20,000 nt of DNA from an uncultured virus (IMG/VR IMGVR_UViG_3300014160_000002) (IMGVR_UViG_3300014160_000002:55410-75409); one strand, 5' to 3'. Positions 1 to 7,905 are shown, counted from the first letter of the stretch. Numbers and translations: made by a program. The notes: generated by a model from the sequence alone, not told the origin.

Positions 1-2
1 TG

Positions 3-359
3 AACAGTCTTCGACAATCCCTTAAACTACCCAAGTCTCGTATTAATATGTCTACGGCTCAAGCTGTTAGACGAAAAGCGGAAAGAGAACGGGGAGTGAA
101 ACCCACCCCGCATATTTGGACTCAACAGGAACGAATCATACAAGCAGAACGAATGCGGTCCGTTGGTCATAAAAATAAAGGACGTACTTTATCGGACTTT
201 CATAAACATACTATTTCTAATGCATTAAAAGGGTTAATGCGTGATGAAAAACGGAAAAACTCTCTCGATAAAGGCAGACACACTCGTTGGCATTCCTCAC
301 GAGGAGTTGTTAGTAAAGACTGCCGATTTTGTTTGGAGGGACTTTCCAAGCCTAATTAG
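3..359 (+). CDS. NUMOD3-like DNA-binding protein, probably the C-terminal part of a homing endonuclease (5' end likely outside the window)
   Basis: Frame is open from base 3 through ATG48 to TAG359. NUMOD3-like segment NKGRTLSDFHKHTISNALKG; C-terminal HTRWHSSRG...CRFC; AT-rich like the other endonuclease genes. Confidence 0.55.
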   Translation, partial: NSLRQSLKLPKSRINMSTAQAVRRKAERERGVKPTPHIWTQQERIIQAERMRSVGHKNKGRTLSDFHKHTISNALKGLMRDEKRKNSLDKGRHTRWHSSRGVVSKDCRFCLEGLSKPN

Positions 360-2891
360 ATGAGTGTAAAGACCAAGACAGCCTACATTTCGCCGACGTT
401 TGCTACGCTGGAGATTTCAGCGATGCACACAGGTTTGTCTCCCACCGCTTCCATTGTCCTCGATTTAGGAATCCCCAAGTTCACCACGTTCTCCATCAAG
501 TTCCCCATCCCCGAGGAGACCCAAGCTTTTCAACAGGTCGCCAGTGAGGCACTGGGGGTTATGTTGGATGAGATGACCGCCTTCATGATATCGGTGGGCT
601 ACAAGAAAGAAGTCATCGCCAAGATTTATGCCCTCACGCTAGCCTGCTACAAGGATTTGGTCGCCAATGACCACCCGGAGAATCGGGAGAAGGACCCCAG
701 TATTGGCTCCGTGCGGGGAGAGTTTCAAATCCCTGCGGACTTCATCAATGAGACCCAGCGGTATGTGGTGACAGCGGGTAAGAAGGTAGACCGCAGCCCC
801 CGGCAGCGCCGGGTGGAGATTGTCCCCAAGCGTCCGGTCAACCCCTCCAAGAACGATGTTCTCAAGGCTATCCGGCGCTATCGCTTCCAAAGCATTAAGA
901 GTCAGCCGTTCCCCTTATACCTCGTGGTCTATGACAACATGGGACAACCCAAGGGTACGCTGACACTGGGGCCGGGCTTCCACAATGAGCTTTTGAAGAT
1001 GCAGTACAAAAAGAAAGGGGCTGACCAAGACCCCAACCAAGCCTACAAAGACGCTGTAAGGGCCGGTGGAGGCGTTTGGAAGGGCATCGGAGAGAACGGT
1101 CTTGGCGGGTGGATGGTTTATTTCGATAACGCTGCTACCCGGTCAACCCTCACTTTGGATACCACGGAAGTGACGCCCGAGGCGGTCGCAGCCAAAATTA
1201 AGTTGAATCAGGATGCCACGGATGAACGAAGGAAGAAAATGGCCGGTCAGTGGGGACCTCGTTCCTATGATGGTGATTCTATTCACGATATATTAGACAG
1301 GCATCGGCCCGGATATGACGACGTGGGAGACCGGGAGCATTTGGGTTTTGATGAACCCATCCCCGAGGAGCAGTTGCCGTCCCTGTACAAAGAGATTGAG
1401 GCACTGGACCTCAGCCAGCCGGACATGATGCAGAACTACGTGGGCGTGGTAGTGTTTCTCATAGAGCATGGCACGCTGGTCCCCGATACTCTTCGCCACA
1501 AAGCGGCAGAGCTTGCCACGGCACTTCTCACCGGCACCAAAGGCGGCGGGCCGGGCGGAGCCGACGAGCGGGGGTGGAAGCTTTGGAAAGACCCAGAGGA
1601 GCGCAAGCAGCGGCTTCGGGAGGAGATTGCCCTCTTGAGCAAGGGTTCTCTCGCCAAGGAAGCACGTTTCCTCCGCATTGATGAGATGCAGGCTTGGGGG
1701 ACGGGCAAACAGGATGAGTATTATGCTCAACACCCGGAGCTTGGCAGTCCGGGAAAGAAGCTGAATCTCATGGTCACCGAGCCGGACGGAACCTCCACTC
1801 CGTTAGCTAAAGCGGTGAAGGCGGACTACGGCCCTGACGCCCGGCGCTGTCCTGAGTGTGGCTCCTCCAATGTTCATACGGTCCCGCACGTGCGAGGCGA
1901 TGTGACGCATTGTGACGATTGCCAGCACGAGGCCCACACCTCGTGGTTTAAGGGAGCGGCGGTTCACCCGGAGTATGGGGATAACACCGCTGCCGTAGAA
2001 GCCAACCGGCCTTTAGTCGCCAAGACAAACCTCGAACTTGCGGCGAAGGAGGGTATTGAAACTAAGGGGGAAAGCCTTGTTCTTTACCATGGCACCCGGA
2101 GCGCAATCAAGATACGGAATTCCGGGGTATTTCCCATCGGCACGTACTTTGCCACGACGGAAAAGGAAGCATGGCAGTGGGCTTTGTCGGCTTCCCCGCA
2201 GAAGAACCGGGCGGTAGTGCTGAAAGTCTTGGTGCCAGCGGGCACGGTGTTCCCCAGTGGAGGTGGTGTGAGGTATTTCAGCACTAACGAGCAGATTCCC
2301 TACCGTCCCATAGGGGAGCCTAAGACCGCCGACTATTACGACGAGCAGGGTTTCTGGGCCGGTGAGGGCGGCGGAGCCTCGGGGATTCTCCCGGTCTGCA
2401 CTACAACGGGTCGTATTTGCTTTGCATGGCGGTCTCCCGAGGTCCAACAGGGTTCCTGCTGGGGAACTATCGGCGGAGCCATCCAGAGGGGTATGCAGCC
2501 CGGTGAGAGCGCCAAAGAGGAACTCTGGGAGGAGACGGGGTACAGCGGAGGCATGACCCTCCATCCCGCCTACGTGTTCCAAAGTGGGACATTTCGTTAC
2601 TTTAACTTCATCGGTGAGACGGCACAGGAATTCGACTTCCAGCCTCAAAGTGATGCCGTATGGGAGACCGAAGGATTAGAGTGGTTTACACTCCCGCAGG
2701 TCCGGGAGTACATGGCAAAAAGTCCCCATGAGTTTCACAGTGGGGTAATAGCCCTGTTCAAGAATTCGGGGAAGCTTATCGAGCAGATTTGTGCGAAGGC
2801 AGCCCCCAAGAAGGGAAAAGGCGATGGAAAACCAAGCAAGGTTAGAGAGTCCAGCACTGGTAAAGCTCCGGGAGCAGGCGGCACAGCTTAA
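360..2891 (+). CDS. 843-aa multidomain (polyvalent) protein: DUF4259-like, Zn-ribbon, ADP-ribosyltransferase-like and C-terminal Nudix hydrolase domains
   Basis: Nudix box GGAIQRGMQPGESAKEELWEETG; LYHGT...GTYFATTEKEAWQWA (ART-like); CPECGS...HCDDC; GQWGPRSYDGDSIHDIL...WKDPEERKQRL (DUF4259-like). Confidence 0.7.
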   Translation: MSVKTKTAYISPTFATLEISAMHTGLSPTASIVLDLGIPKFTTFSIKFPIPEETQAFQQVASEALGVMLDEMTAFMISVGYKKEVIAKIYALTLACYKDLVANDHPENREKDPSIGSVRGEFQIPADFINETQRYVVTAGKKVDRSPRQRRVEIVPKRPVNPSKNDVLKAIRRYRFQSIKSQPFPLYLVVYDNMGQPKGTLTLGPGFHNELLKMQYKKKGADQDPNQAYKDAVRAGGGVWKGIGENGLGGWMVYFDNAATRSTLTLDTTEVTPEAVAAKIKLNQDATDERRKKMAGQWGPRSYDGDSIHDILDRHRPGYDDVGDREHLGFDEPIPEEQLPSLYKEIEALDLSQPDMMQNYVGVVVFLIEHGTLVPDTLRHKAAELATALLTGTKGGGPGGADERGWKLWKDPEERKQRLREEIALLSKGSLAKEARFLRIDEMQAWGTGKQDEYYAQHPELGSPGKKLNLMVTEPDGTSTPLAKAVKADYGPDARRCPECGSSNVHTVPHVRGDVTHCDDCQHEAHTSWFKGAAVHPEYGDNTAAVEANRPLVAKTNLELAAKEGIETKGESLVLYHGTRSAIKIRNSGVFPIGTYFATTEKEAWQWALSASPQKNRAVVLKVLVPAGTVFPSGGGVRYFSTNEQIPYRPIGEPKTADYYDEQGFWAGEGGGASGILPVCTTTGRICFAWRSPEVQQGSCWGTIGGAIQRGMQPGESAKEELWEETGYSGGMTLHPAYVFQSGTFRYFNFIGETAQEFDFQPQSDAVWETEGLEWFTLPQVREYMAKSPHEFHSGVIALFKNSGKLIEQICAKAAPKKGKGDGKPSKVRESSTGKAPGAGGTA

Positions 2892-3561
2892 TGCCGCTGC
2901 ACGGGGAAAGTGGGGGGAGAAAGTTCCTCCTCCGATAAAGAAGGGGAACATCACCGTCTACCGCCCGGACACCGGAGAGGTCCTTTACTCCGAGCGCAAT
3001 ATCATCACGTCCATATCCAGTTGGCTCTTTGCCCAGTTCATGGCGTGTGCCTCCCCCTTGAACCTCTCCCCACCACAGACTCAACCGGTCAGCATCGCTG
3101 CTACAGAACCGGCGTGGGGCGTCTGGGGGTTGGCTCTGGGCGCTGGCAGCCCCACGTGGGCACCAACTACTCAACCCGTGGAAACGGCCACTCAGGTAGA
3201 ACTCATTCAACCGCTCGCCCGTGTGCAGTTGAGCCGGGTGAACTTCGTCACTCAGGACAGCAGCGGTAACTGGAACCCGCAGGCGGTGTTGACCACCAAC
3301 GTGGAGTTTCAGACCACGGTGAACAGCACGACCAACAACATCAATCAAGGCATCCGGGAAATGGGCCTCATTGGCGGCGGTATCGCCAACATGGGCAGCT
3401 ATACCATGTTGACTGCTCCATACTTCAACGGCAACCCGTCTTCCTATGCCACGGTGCAGGCCAGTCAGCAAACGGTCATTCTTTTGAATTACAAGACTTT
3501 GCCGCCACTGCTTCTGCCGCCCGGCATCGACATCATTTTCAGTTGGATATTCCAATTCTAG
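2824..3561 (+). CDS. Putative baseplate/tail-associated structural protein
   Basis: ERNIIT...GLALGAGSPTW...IREMGLIGG...LNYKTLP...SWIFQF pattern resembles phage baseplate/tail-fibre N-terminal domains; ATG2824 follows a purine-rich stretch. Confidence 0.55.
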   Translation: MENQARLESPALVKLREQAAQLNAAARGKWGEKVPPPIKKGNITVYRPDTGEVLYSERNIITSISSWLFAQFMACASPLNLSPPQTQPVSIAATEPAWGVWGLALGAGSPTWAPTTQPVETATQVELIQPLARVQLSRVNFVTQDSSGNWNPQAVLTTNVEFQTTVNSTTNNINQGIREMGLIGGGIANMGSYTMLTAPYFNGNPSSYATVQASQQTVILLNYKTLPPLLLPPGIDIIFSWIFQF

Positions 3562-3568
3562 GAGATTC

Positions 3569-4066
3569 ATGGGGAACATCTTAGCGGTGCAGTTGGGAGA
3601 ATGGCAGGAGTTGTCGGATGGCGTAGTTGACACCGGCTATCGTGTCGTTCTCTCTACGCAACGTGTCCAGATGAATGTTCAGACCACCACTTTTTGGGGA
3701 CAACAGATTCTCATGGCGACTGGCTCCCCATGGGGGGTGGGAACCGTGGACATTGGCTCCCTTTCGGTCATCGCCCAGTTTAACCTGTTCCTCAATCAGT
3801 TCGTAGGCAAGCGCCGGGGATGGGGACAGTTCGTCAATGTTCCTTACAACCCGTCCTATTACCTCGCCCGCACCTACGTCATCGCCGTCCCCGAGGCCGA
3901 GCCGCCCGAGTCTGCCGGTCCTATGATTCTGCTTGCCAGCGGCTATGACCCCCTCAAGGGTTGGTGGTTGACCTTCAAGGGGAACTTCCGCCTGCACATC
4001 CCCATCTTCCAAGATTTCTGTCCGGTGGAGAACCAGACCCCAGATTATAGCATAAAAGTTAAATAA
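3569..4066 (+). CDS. Hypothetical protein, possibly virion-associated
   Basis: 165-aa ORF with AGGAG RBS, directly after the baseplate-like gene. Confidence 0.65.
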   Translation: MGNILAVQLGEWQELSDGVVDTGYRVVLSTQRVQMNVQTTTFWGQQILMATGSPWGVGTVDIGSLSVIAQFNLFLNQFVGKRRGWGQFVNVPYNPSYYLARTYVIAVPEAEPPESAGPMILLASGYDPLKGWWLTFKGNFRLHIPIFQDFCPVENQTPDYSIKVK

Positions 4067-4070
4067 ATCG

Positions 4071-4078
4071 AGTATTGT
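4071..4078 (+). promoter_or_regulatory. Putative -10 element (AGTATTGT) for a leaderless transcript
   Basis: Matches the recurring intergenic RGTATNNT motif; ATG4084 lies 5 nt downstream. Confidence 0.4.
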
Positions 4079-4083
4079 TCCTC

Positions 4084-4230
4084 ATGGTGATAAATTGGGG
4101 GAAGACTCTTTCCGGGGCTATGTTCGTCATGTCGATTGCGGCGAGCATCGCCTATTTTTGTGCCAAGGATTACCGCAAGGGCACTTACTGGTTAGGGTCC
4201 TCCATTCTTATCGCCTCTTTGACATTTTAG
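4084..4230 (+). CDS. 48-aa two-helix membrane protein (not in the ORF track)
   Basis: MVINWGKTLSGAMFVMSIAASIAYFCAKDYRKGTYWLGSSILIASLTF; two hydrophobic segments; fills the gap and its stop abuts the next RBS. Confidence 0.65.
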   Translation: MVINWGKTLSGAMFVMSIAASIAYFCAKDYRKGTYWLGSSILIASLTF

Positions 4231-4237
4231 GGGGAAT

Positions 4238-4561
4238 ATGGCACTCGAATTTTCACCCAATTGGACCGCTACCGGCAAGCACCTGAAATTCTCTTATCTC
4301 GGACCCAGTCCCAGCGGGAAGACGGGAATTTTCGGCGTCTTCTCTTCTCATAACGAGAACTATCTCGGCACCGTGGAGTACTACGCCTCATGGCGGCAGT
4401 ACAACTTTAATCCCGAGACGGGCACCACTTATGCCGCCAGTTGTCTCCGGGACCTTGCTGATTTCTGCGAGCACTGGACCAAGGAGCAAAAGGAGATGCA
4501 TGAAGGATTCCCCGCTATTTCGCTTCGAGCGGACCGTGGTGATGACGGCAACGGTGCTTAG
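4238..4561 (+). CDS. Hypothetical phage protein
   Basis: GGGGG RBS; 107 aa with WRQYNFNP...CLRDLADFC segment. Confidence 0.65.
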   Translation: MALEFSPNWTATGKHLKFSYLGPSPSGKTGIFGVFSSHNENYLGTVEYYASWRQYNFNPETGTTYAASCLRDLADFCEHWTKEQKEMHEGFPAISLRADRGDDGNGA

Positions 4562-4703
4562 TTTTTGGTACATCGACGTATCCACTTGGATTAACGGCAT
4601 CACCGAAATGGGTCCGGCATGGTGGGATTTCTGTGGCCTCGCCCTCGTGTTCTGTGGTTGGTGTTTGTACGTGGAAAGAACTTTGGAGAAGGAGAAACCA
4701 TGA
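4500..4703 (+). CDS. Small membrane protein (67 aa)
   Basis: AAGGAG before ATG4500; two hydrophobic segments; ATGA overlap with the next gene. Confidence 0.5.
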   Translation: MKDSPLFRFERTVVMTATVLSFWYIDVSTWINGITEMGPAWWDFCGLALVFCGWCLYVERTLEKEKP

Positions 4704-5305
4704 GAATTTTCCTGATTTGCCCCGTGCGGTACGCAAGCCCCGAGCAGACGGAGATGATAGCAAAGTACGTTGCCTTCCAAGAGAAGGTGGAGGGCAACAC
4801 CGTACACTGGCCTGCCCGTGACACACTGCAAACCCAAGATACCCTCAAGATTTGTGAGGACAACCGCTTCGCCATGGAGCATTCCGATGAAGTCCATATT
4901 TGGTATGATTACGAGAGTCAAGGAAGCGTGTTTGACATCGGCATGGCGTTCGTATACAAAAAGCCGGTCCTCATCGTGAACCGGGGGGACGTTAAGGCTA
5001 CGGATAGCAAGTCCGTGAACAACCTTCTCCTGTCCCTTGACCGGCAGGCACGGGATTTGAAAAAGCCTGTGGAGACTCCGCCCGAGAGCCGGATACCGCC
5101 TTACCACGTGCGTTATCCCAACGGTCATGGGATGCGGTCAGAAAGTGACATGTACGGGTACAAGGACCCGACGCCCGACGTTACCTTCCCGGATATTCCC
5201 GTCGCTCCCTTTGAGTCGGAGATTGAGGATGAACTGCGGGGGATGCCTGCCGATGAAATGCCCGGACAGGATGCGGCGGCTTTTCCTGTTGGAAGTGGAG
5301 GATAA
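4700..5305 (+). CDS. Nucleoside 2-deoxyribosyltransferase-like protein with acidic C-terminal tail
   Basis: MRIFLICPVR...HWPARD...SDEVHIWYD...SQGSVFDIGMAF...KPV; AAGGAG RBS. Confidence 0.65.
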   Translation: MRIFLICPVRYASPEQTEMIAKYVAFQEKVEGNTVHWPARDTLQTQDTLKICEDNRFAMEHSDEVHIWYDYESQGSVFDIGMAFVYKKPVLIVNRGDVKATDSKSVNNLLLSLDRQARDLKKPVETPPESRIPPYHVRYPNGHGMRSESDMYGYKDPTPDVTFPDIPVAPFESEIEDELRGMPADEMPGQDAAAFPVGSGG

Positions 5306-5306
5306 C

Positions 5307-5756
5307 ATGAAAGTCTGGACACTCCGGGAGCCATGGGCAAGTATGGTGGTTCTCGGAGAGAAGAAGTGGGAAACCCGCAGCCGACCCAACCGCAAGATTG
5401 TGGGGCAAACCGTGGGCATCCATGCCTCGGCGCATCACTTCAAGGATTTTCTTGACTCCGATGGGTGTTTCATAGAGCCATTCTTGACTCGCTTTGCCAT
5501 GCACGACGTGGACCCGGATATGCTCCGCCTCGGCTGCATCATCGGCACCGTGGATGTGGAAACTTGCCAGCCGGTGGAGGAGGTCGCCCCGGCGCTGGAT
5601 TACGTGCAGTACAGCCTCGGGGACTGGTCTACGGGTAGGTATTGCTTCCGGCTGGCGCATCCTCGAATGATTGAGCCGGTGGAAGCCAAGGGAGCGCTGT
5701 GTTTGTGGGAGTGGGATGCTAAGGACCTTCACTACAATGGATACCCAAACCCTTAG
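5307..5756 (+). CDS. ASCH domain protein
   Basis: TLREPWASMVVLGEKKWETRS...IHAS...GCIIGTVDV...KGALCLWEW; GGAGG RBS. Confidence 0.85.
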   Translation: MKVWTLREPWASMVVLGEKKWETRSRPNRKIVGQTVGIHASAHHFKDFLDSDGCFIEPFLTRFAMHDVDPDMLRLGCIIGTVDVETCQPVEEVAPALDYVQYSLGDWSTGRYCFRLAHPRMIEPVEAKGALCLWEWDAKDLHYNGYPNP

Positions 5757-5766
5757 TGAGGAGAAT

Positions 5767-6495
5767 ATGCCCACCTTTAACTTTAAGTCGTCCTTTTTGA
5801 AGAAACCCGCCGCCTTGGCTCGTCGCCCGGATTACATGTCAACCTCTGAACCGAAGGAAGCTACTGGATTGGGGTTTGGTGACCCGCAATCGGATAAACA
5901 GCGGCTCATGGAAGAGGTATCCCGGTACAAGGCACTTTTGGCTAAGACAAAAGACATTCAGGAATCAAAAGATTTAGCATTCAAGCTCTCATTGGCTGAG
6001 GCAAAGTTGAAATTGCTGAACCAGAAACAGGCCGCTGCTGGGTCCGCCCCGAGGGAGTATCCGGTAAAGAAAGACAAAGAGGGATTCTGGTACGTCATGG
6101 GCCTGCCCGGCGAGGAGCTTTCCGAGGGAATGAAGGATGCTCCCGTGGTCCCCACCCCCAACACGTGGCTGAACGTCCACAACGAAGTCAAGGGGCTGGA
6201 ACTGGCGGAGCAGCTTTATCGAGAGCTTTACGCCACATTTCAGACCAACGACAACCTTCGGGAGGGCGATGTATTCAGCACCCCCGTGGGCAAGTTTATC
6301 TGTCAGGGAGTGGATGTTCTTCCCTATGACGAACCGGCCAAACGCATCATTGGCGAGGTGGATGACAGCTACAAATGTGGCAACTGCGACTGTGACCAAG
6401 GGGAGCACCGGAAGAAGTTCGATGATAACGGCTATCCCTATTACGGCGAATGCACCCAGCACCCGGAGTGTAAGGAATATGTGAAGCGAGGATAA
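5767..6495 (+). CDS. Hypothetical protein with coiled coil and C-terminal Cys/His cluster
   Basis: GAGGAG RBS; CGNCDC...H...C...H..C at the C-terminus. Confidence 0.7.
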   Translation: MPTFNFKSSFLKKPAALARRPDYMSTSEPKEATGLGFGDPQSDKQRLMEEVSRYKALLAKTKDIQESKDLAFKLSLAEAKLKLLNQKQAAAGSAPREYPVKKDKEGFWYVMGLPGEELSEGMKDAPVVPTPNTWLNVHNEVKGLELAEQLYRELYATFQTNDNLREGDVFSTPVGKFICQGVDVLPYDEPAKRIIGEVDDSYKCGNCDCDQGEHRKKFDDNGYPYYGECTQHPECKEYVKRG

Positions 6496-6517
6496 TCTCC
6501 GCTAAATCGTCCATGCG

Positions 6518-6526
6518 TGGTATACT
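6518..6526 (+). promoter_or_regulatory. Extended -10 promoter (TGGTATACT)
   Basis: TGn-TATACT in an intergenic gap, upstream of RBS and ATG6543. Confidence 0.6.
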
Positions 6527-6542
6527 GTAAGTGGGGGGTACT

Positions 6543-6779
6543 ATGGACGACCTGACGAAAAAGTTGAAGGAAGAGTCTGAGAAACTTGCGGAAGAATACT
6601 TCCGTCACCCTAGCCCCATGGATTATATGGTGGTTAACAGCATTTTGGTGCGGGGATTTATCATGGGATGCAACCATGCCAAGGGAATTTTTTACCCGAA
6701 ACCACCCGCTTCCGTGCCGGTTGAGGGGACCTTGGAAAAGGCTTTGTCGGCTTTTTGCGATGCTTGGGAAAAGAAATAA
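6543..6779 (+). CDS. Hypothetical protein (78 aa)
   Basis: Promoter and G-rich RBS upstream. Confidence 0.6.
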   Translation: MDDLTKKLKEESEKLAEEYFRHPSPMDYMVVNSILVRGFIMGCNHAKGIFYPKPPASVPVEGTLEKALSAFCDAWEKK

Positions 6780-6800
6780 CTGCAAAAAACCGACTACCGG

Positions 6801-6809
6801 TGGTATTAT
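6801..6809 (+). promoter_or_regulatory. Extended -10 promoter (TGGTATTAT) of the leader/tRNA operon
   Basis: TGn-TATTAT; a weak -35-like CTGCAA lies 18 nt upstream; a stable hairpin starts at the predicted +1. Confidence 0.6.
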
Positions 6810-6814
6810 ATAGA

Positions 6815-6984
6815 AGGAGGGAGCTACGGCTCTACTCCTAACCGGGAACCTGCTTGTCCCCGAAAAATGGCTGGTCTTAAAAGGGCCTCCCGTTAGGTTA
6901 GACCCCGAAGCGGACTCGGACAAGGTCCCGGCGAATTACAGCAGATATACCCATCCGGGGTGGACGCTAGGCGACCGCCCCGGA
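6815..6984 (+). ncRNA. Structured 5' leader or ncRNA with three helical domains
   Basis: Hairpin 6815-6839 with C(UACG)G loop; domain 6842-6931 closed by CCGGGA/TCCCGG and TTGTCC/GGACAA; hairpin 6954-6984 (TCCGGGGTGG/CCGCCCCGGA). Confidence 0.5.
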
Positions 6985-7002
6985 CATTCAAAGAGAAGCG
7001 CA

Positions 7003-7077
7003 ATGTTGACTATCACCATGCCGCACACACAAACGCAAACTACGATTAGTTCAGGCGGCGGAGCCTGCTTGGCATAA
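7003..7077 (+). CDS. Attenuator leader peptide MLTITMPHTQTQTTISSGGGACLA (Thr/Ile/Gln-rich)
   Basis: 24 codons; AAGAGAAG upstream; 10 of codons 3-15 are Thr, Ile or Gln; the 3' end overlaps the antiterminator arm. Confidence 0.75.
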   Translation: MLTITMPHTQTQTTISSGGGACLA

Positions 7078-7107
7078 CAAAGACCAAGCCGAGACTCAGC
7101 AGCCGCC
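7052..7107 (+). promoter_or_regulatory. Protector and antiterminator segments of the attenuator
   Basis: Protector CAGGC(7052-56)/GCCTG(7063-67). Alternative pairing: GGCGG(7057-61)+CTGCT(7065-69) with AGCAGCCGCC(7098-7107), or GGCGGC(7054-59) with GCCGCC(7102-07); either sequesters the terminator 5' arm. Confidence 0.65.
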
Positions 7108-7129
7108 CAAAAGGCGGCTTTCGTGTTTT
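7101..7129 (+). terminator. Intrinsic terminator (attenuator)
   Basis: AGCCGCC-CAAAA-GGCGGCT stem followed by TTCGTGTTTT (imperfect U tract). Confidence 0.7.
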
Positions 7130-7143
7130 ATGGGGGTTTTTTG

Positions 7144-7506
7144 ATGGCGAAGTTTGAACAGCATTGCACGGACTGTCAAATCATCCTCGGCAAGAAGTAT
7201 GAGGATGTCAACCGGTGGGTCGATGGGTTGTTTTGGAAGTTCGGTCCCCGGCACCGCAGGATGCGCCACAACCTGCATGGTGTGAGAGAGGCGCAGAAGT
7301 TGTTCGGCCCGGATGGAGCGAAAGCGGCTATTGTTCACATCGTCCGGGATATGGGAAAGGTTCCGCATGAGCGGGATTACGATAGGGTCCCCGAGGGAGT
7401 GGAAATCTTCCCCGGCTTCTGTGACCCACCGCTTGGATTTGTGCAGCACTTTGCGTTGTTCCGTGCCGCCGCCGAAGCGGAGATAGAGCGAATCTTAGGC
7501 GGGTAG
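7144..7506 (+). CDS. His-rich small protein, DUF6915-like (possible metal-dependent hydrolase)
   Basis: EQHC...YEDVNRWVD...RHRRMRHNLHGVREAQKLFG...HIVRD; GGGGG RBS; stop codon lies inside tRNA-Ile. Confidence 0.6.
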   Translation: MAKFEQHCTDCQIILGKKYEDVNRWVDGLFWKFGPRHRRMRHNLHGVREAQKLFGPDGAKAAIVHIVRDMGKVPHERDYDRVPEGVEIFPGFCDPPLGFVQHFALFRAAAEAEIERILGG

Positions 7507-7572
7507 CTCAGCGATACGAGCAATCGGCTGATAACCGATAGGTCGAGGGTTTGACTCCCTCTCCGCCTACCA
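7497..7572 (+). tRNA. trnI: tRNA-Ile(GAU)
   Basis: Acceptor AGGCGGG/TCCGCCT; anticodon arm ATCGG-CTGATAA-CCGAT; T loop TTTGACT; encoded CCA. Confidence 0.9.
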
Positions 7573-7627
7573 TTTTGATACGGTGTACCGCATAGATAGG
7601 GTTTATGCGGTCAGCCGTATAAGTCAT

Positions 7628-7702
7628 GGCACCGTCGTCCAGCGGCTAGGACCTCCGCCCGATTAGCGGAAGACCCCGGTTCGAGTCCGAGCGGGGCTAC
7701 CA
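7628..7702 (+). tRNA. Atypical tRNA-like gene with GAU at the anticodon position (pseudo-tRNA or decoy)
   Basis: Cloverleaf with CCA; loop CCGATTA (C33, U37); one acceptor and one T-stem mismatch; Glu/Asp-like D arm GTCCAGCGGCTAGGAC. Confidence 0.65.
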
Positions 7703-7704
7703 TT

Positions 7705-7845
7705 TGAATGCCTGTTGACCGGGAGTTTTCCGGCTCAATGCAGCAGGTCCCGAGTGGGTTCATGATTCGTGCAAAGGCAGGTCATGGATTCCGGGAACCG
7801 GGGAGACCCGAGAAACCTGTTACCTTGTTCCTTGCCGGGCATTCA
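7705..7845 (+). ncRNA. Unassigned structured RNA within the tRNA array
   Basis: 10-bp closing stem TGAATGCCTG/CGGGCATTCA with several internal helices. Confidence 0.5.
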
Positions 7846-7905
7846 TCAGTTAGCTCATCCACCAAGTGTGGAAAGAGTTGGGACCGTCCTCGTGATGGTC
7901 CTTAT

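Noticed and set aside
25..47. Promoter-like AACTACCC...TATTAAT before ATG48
   Set aside because: The frame is open upstream to the window edge, so this is probably coding sequence; cannot be resolved here.
4491..4503. AGGAGATGCATGA repeated at 16963-16975 before another small membrane gene
   Set aside because: Mostly RBS plus start codon; two copies are not enough to claim an element.
6815..7129. tmRNA (standard or permuted), given a short ORF ending ...CLA in a structured RNA
   Set aside because: No tRNA-Ala-like acceptor ends, T loop or CCA; the ORF has its own ATG and is followed by a terminator, which fits an attenuator better.
7850..7901. c-di-GMP-I riboswitch or SRP RNA similarity (GAAAGAGTTGGGAC; CAGGTCC nearby)
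   Set aside because: The GCAAA elements of GEMM and the GGAA-loop/AGCAG arrangement of SRP are missing.
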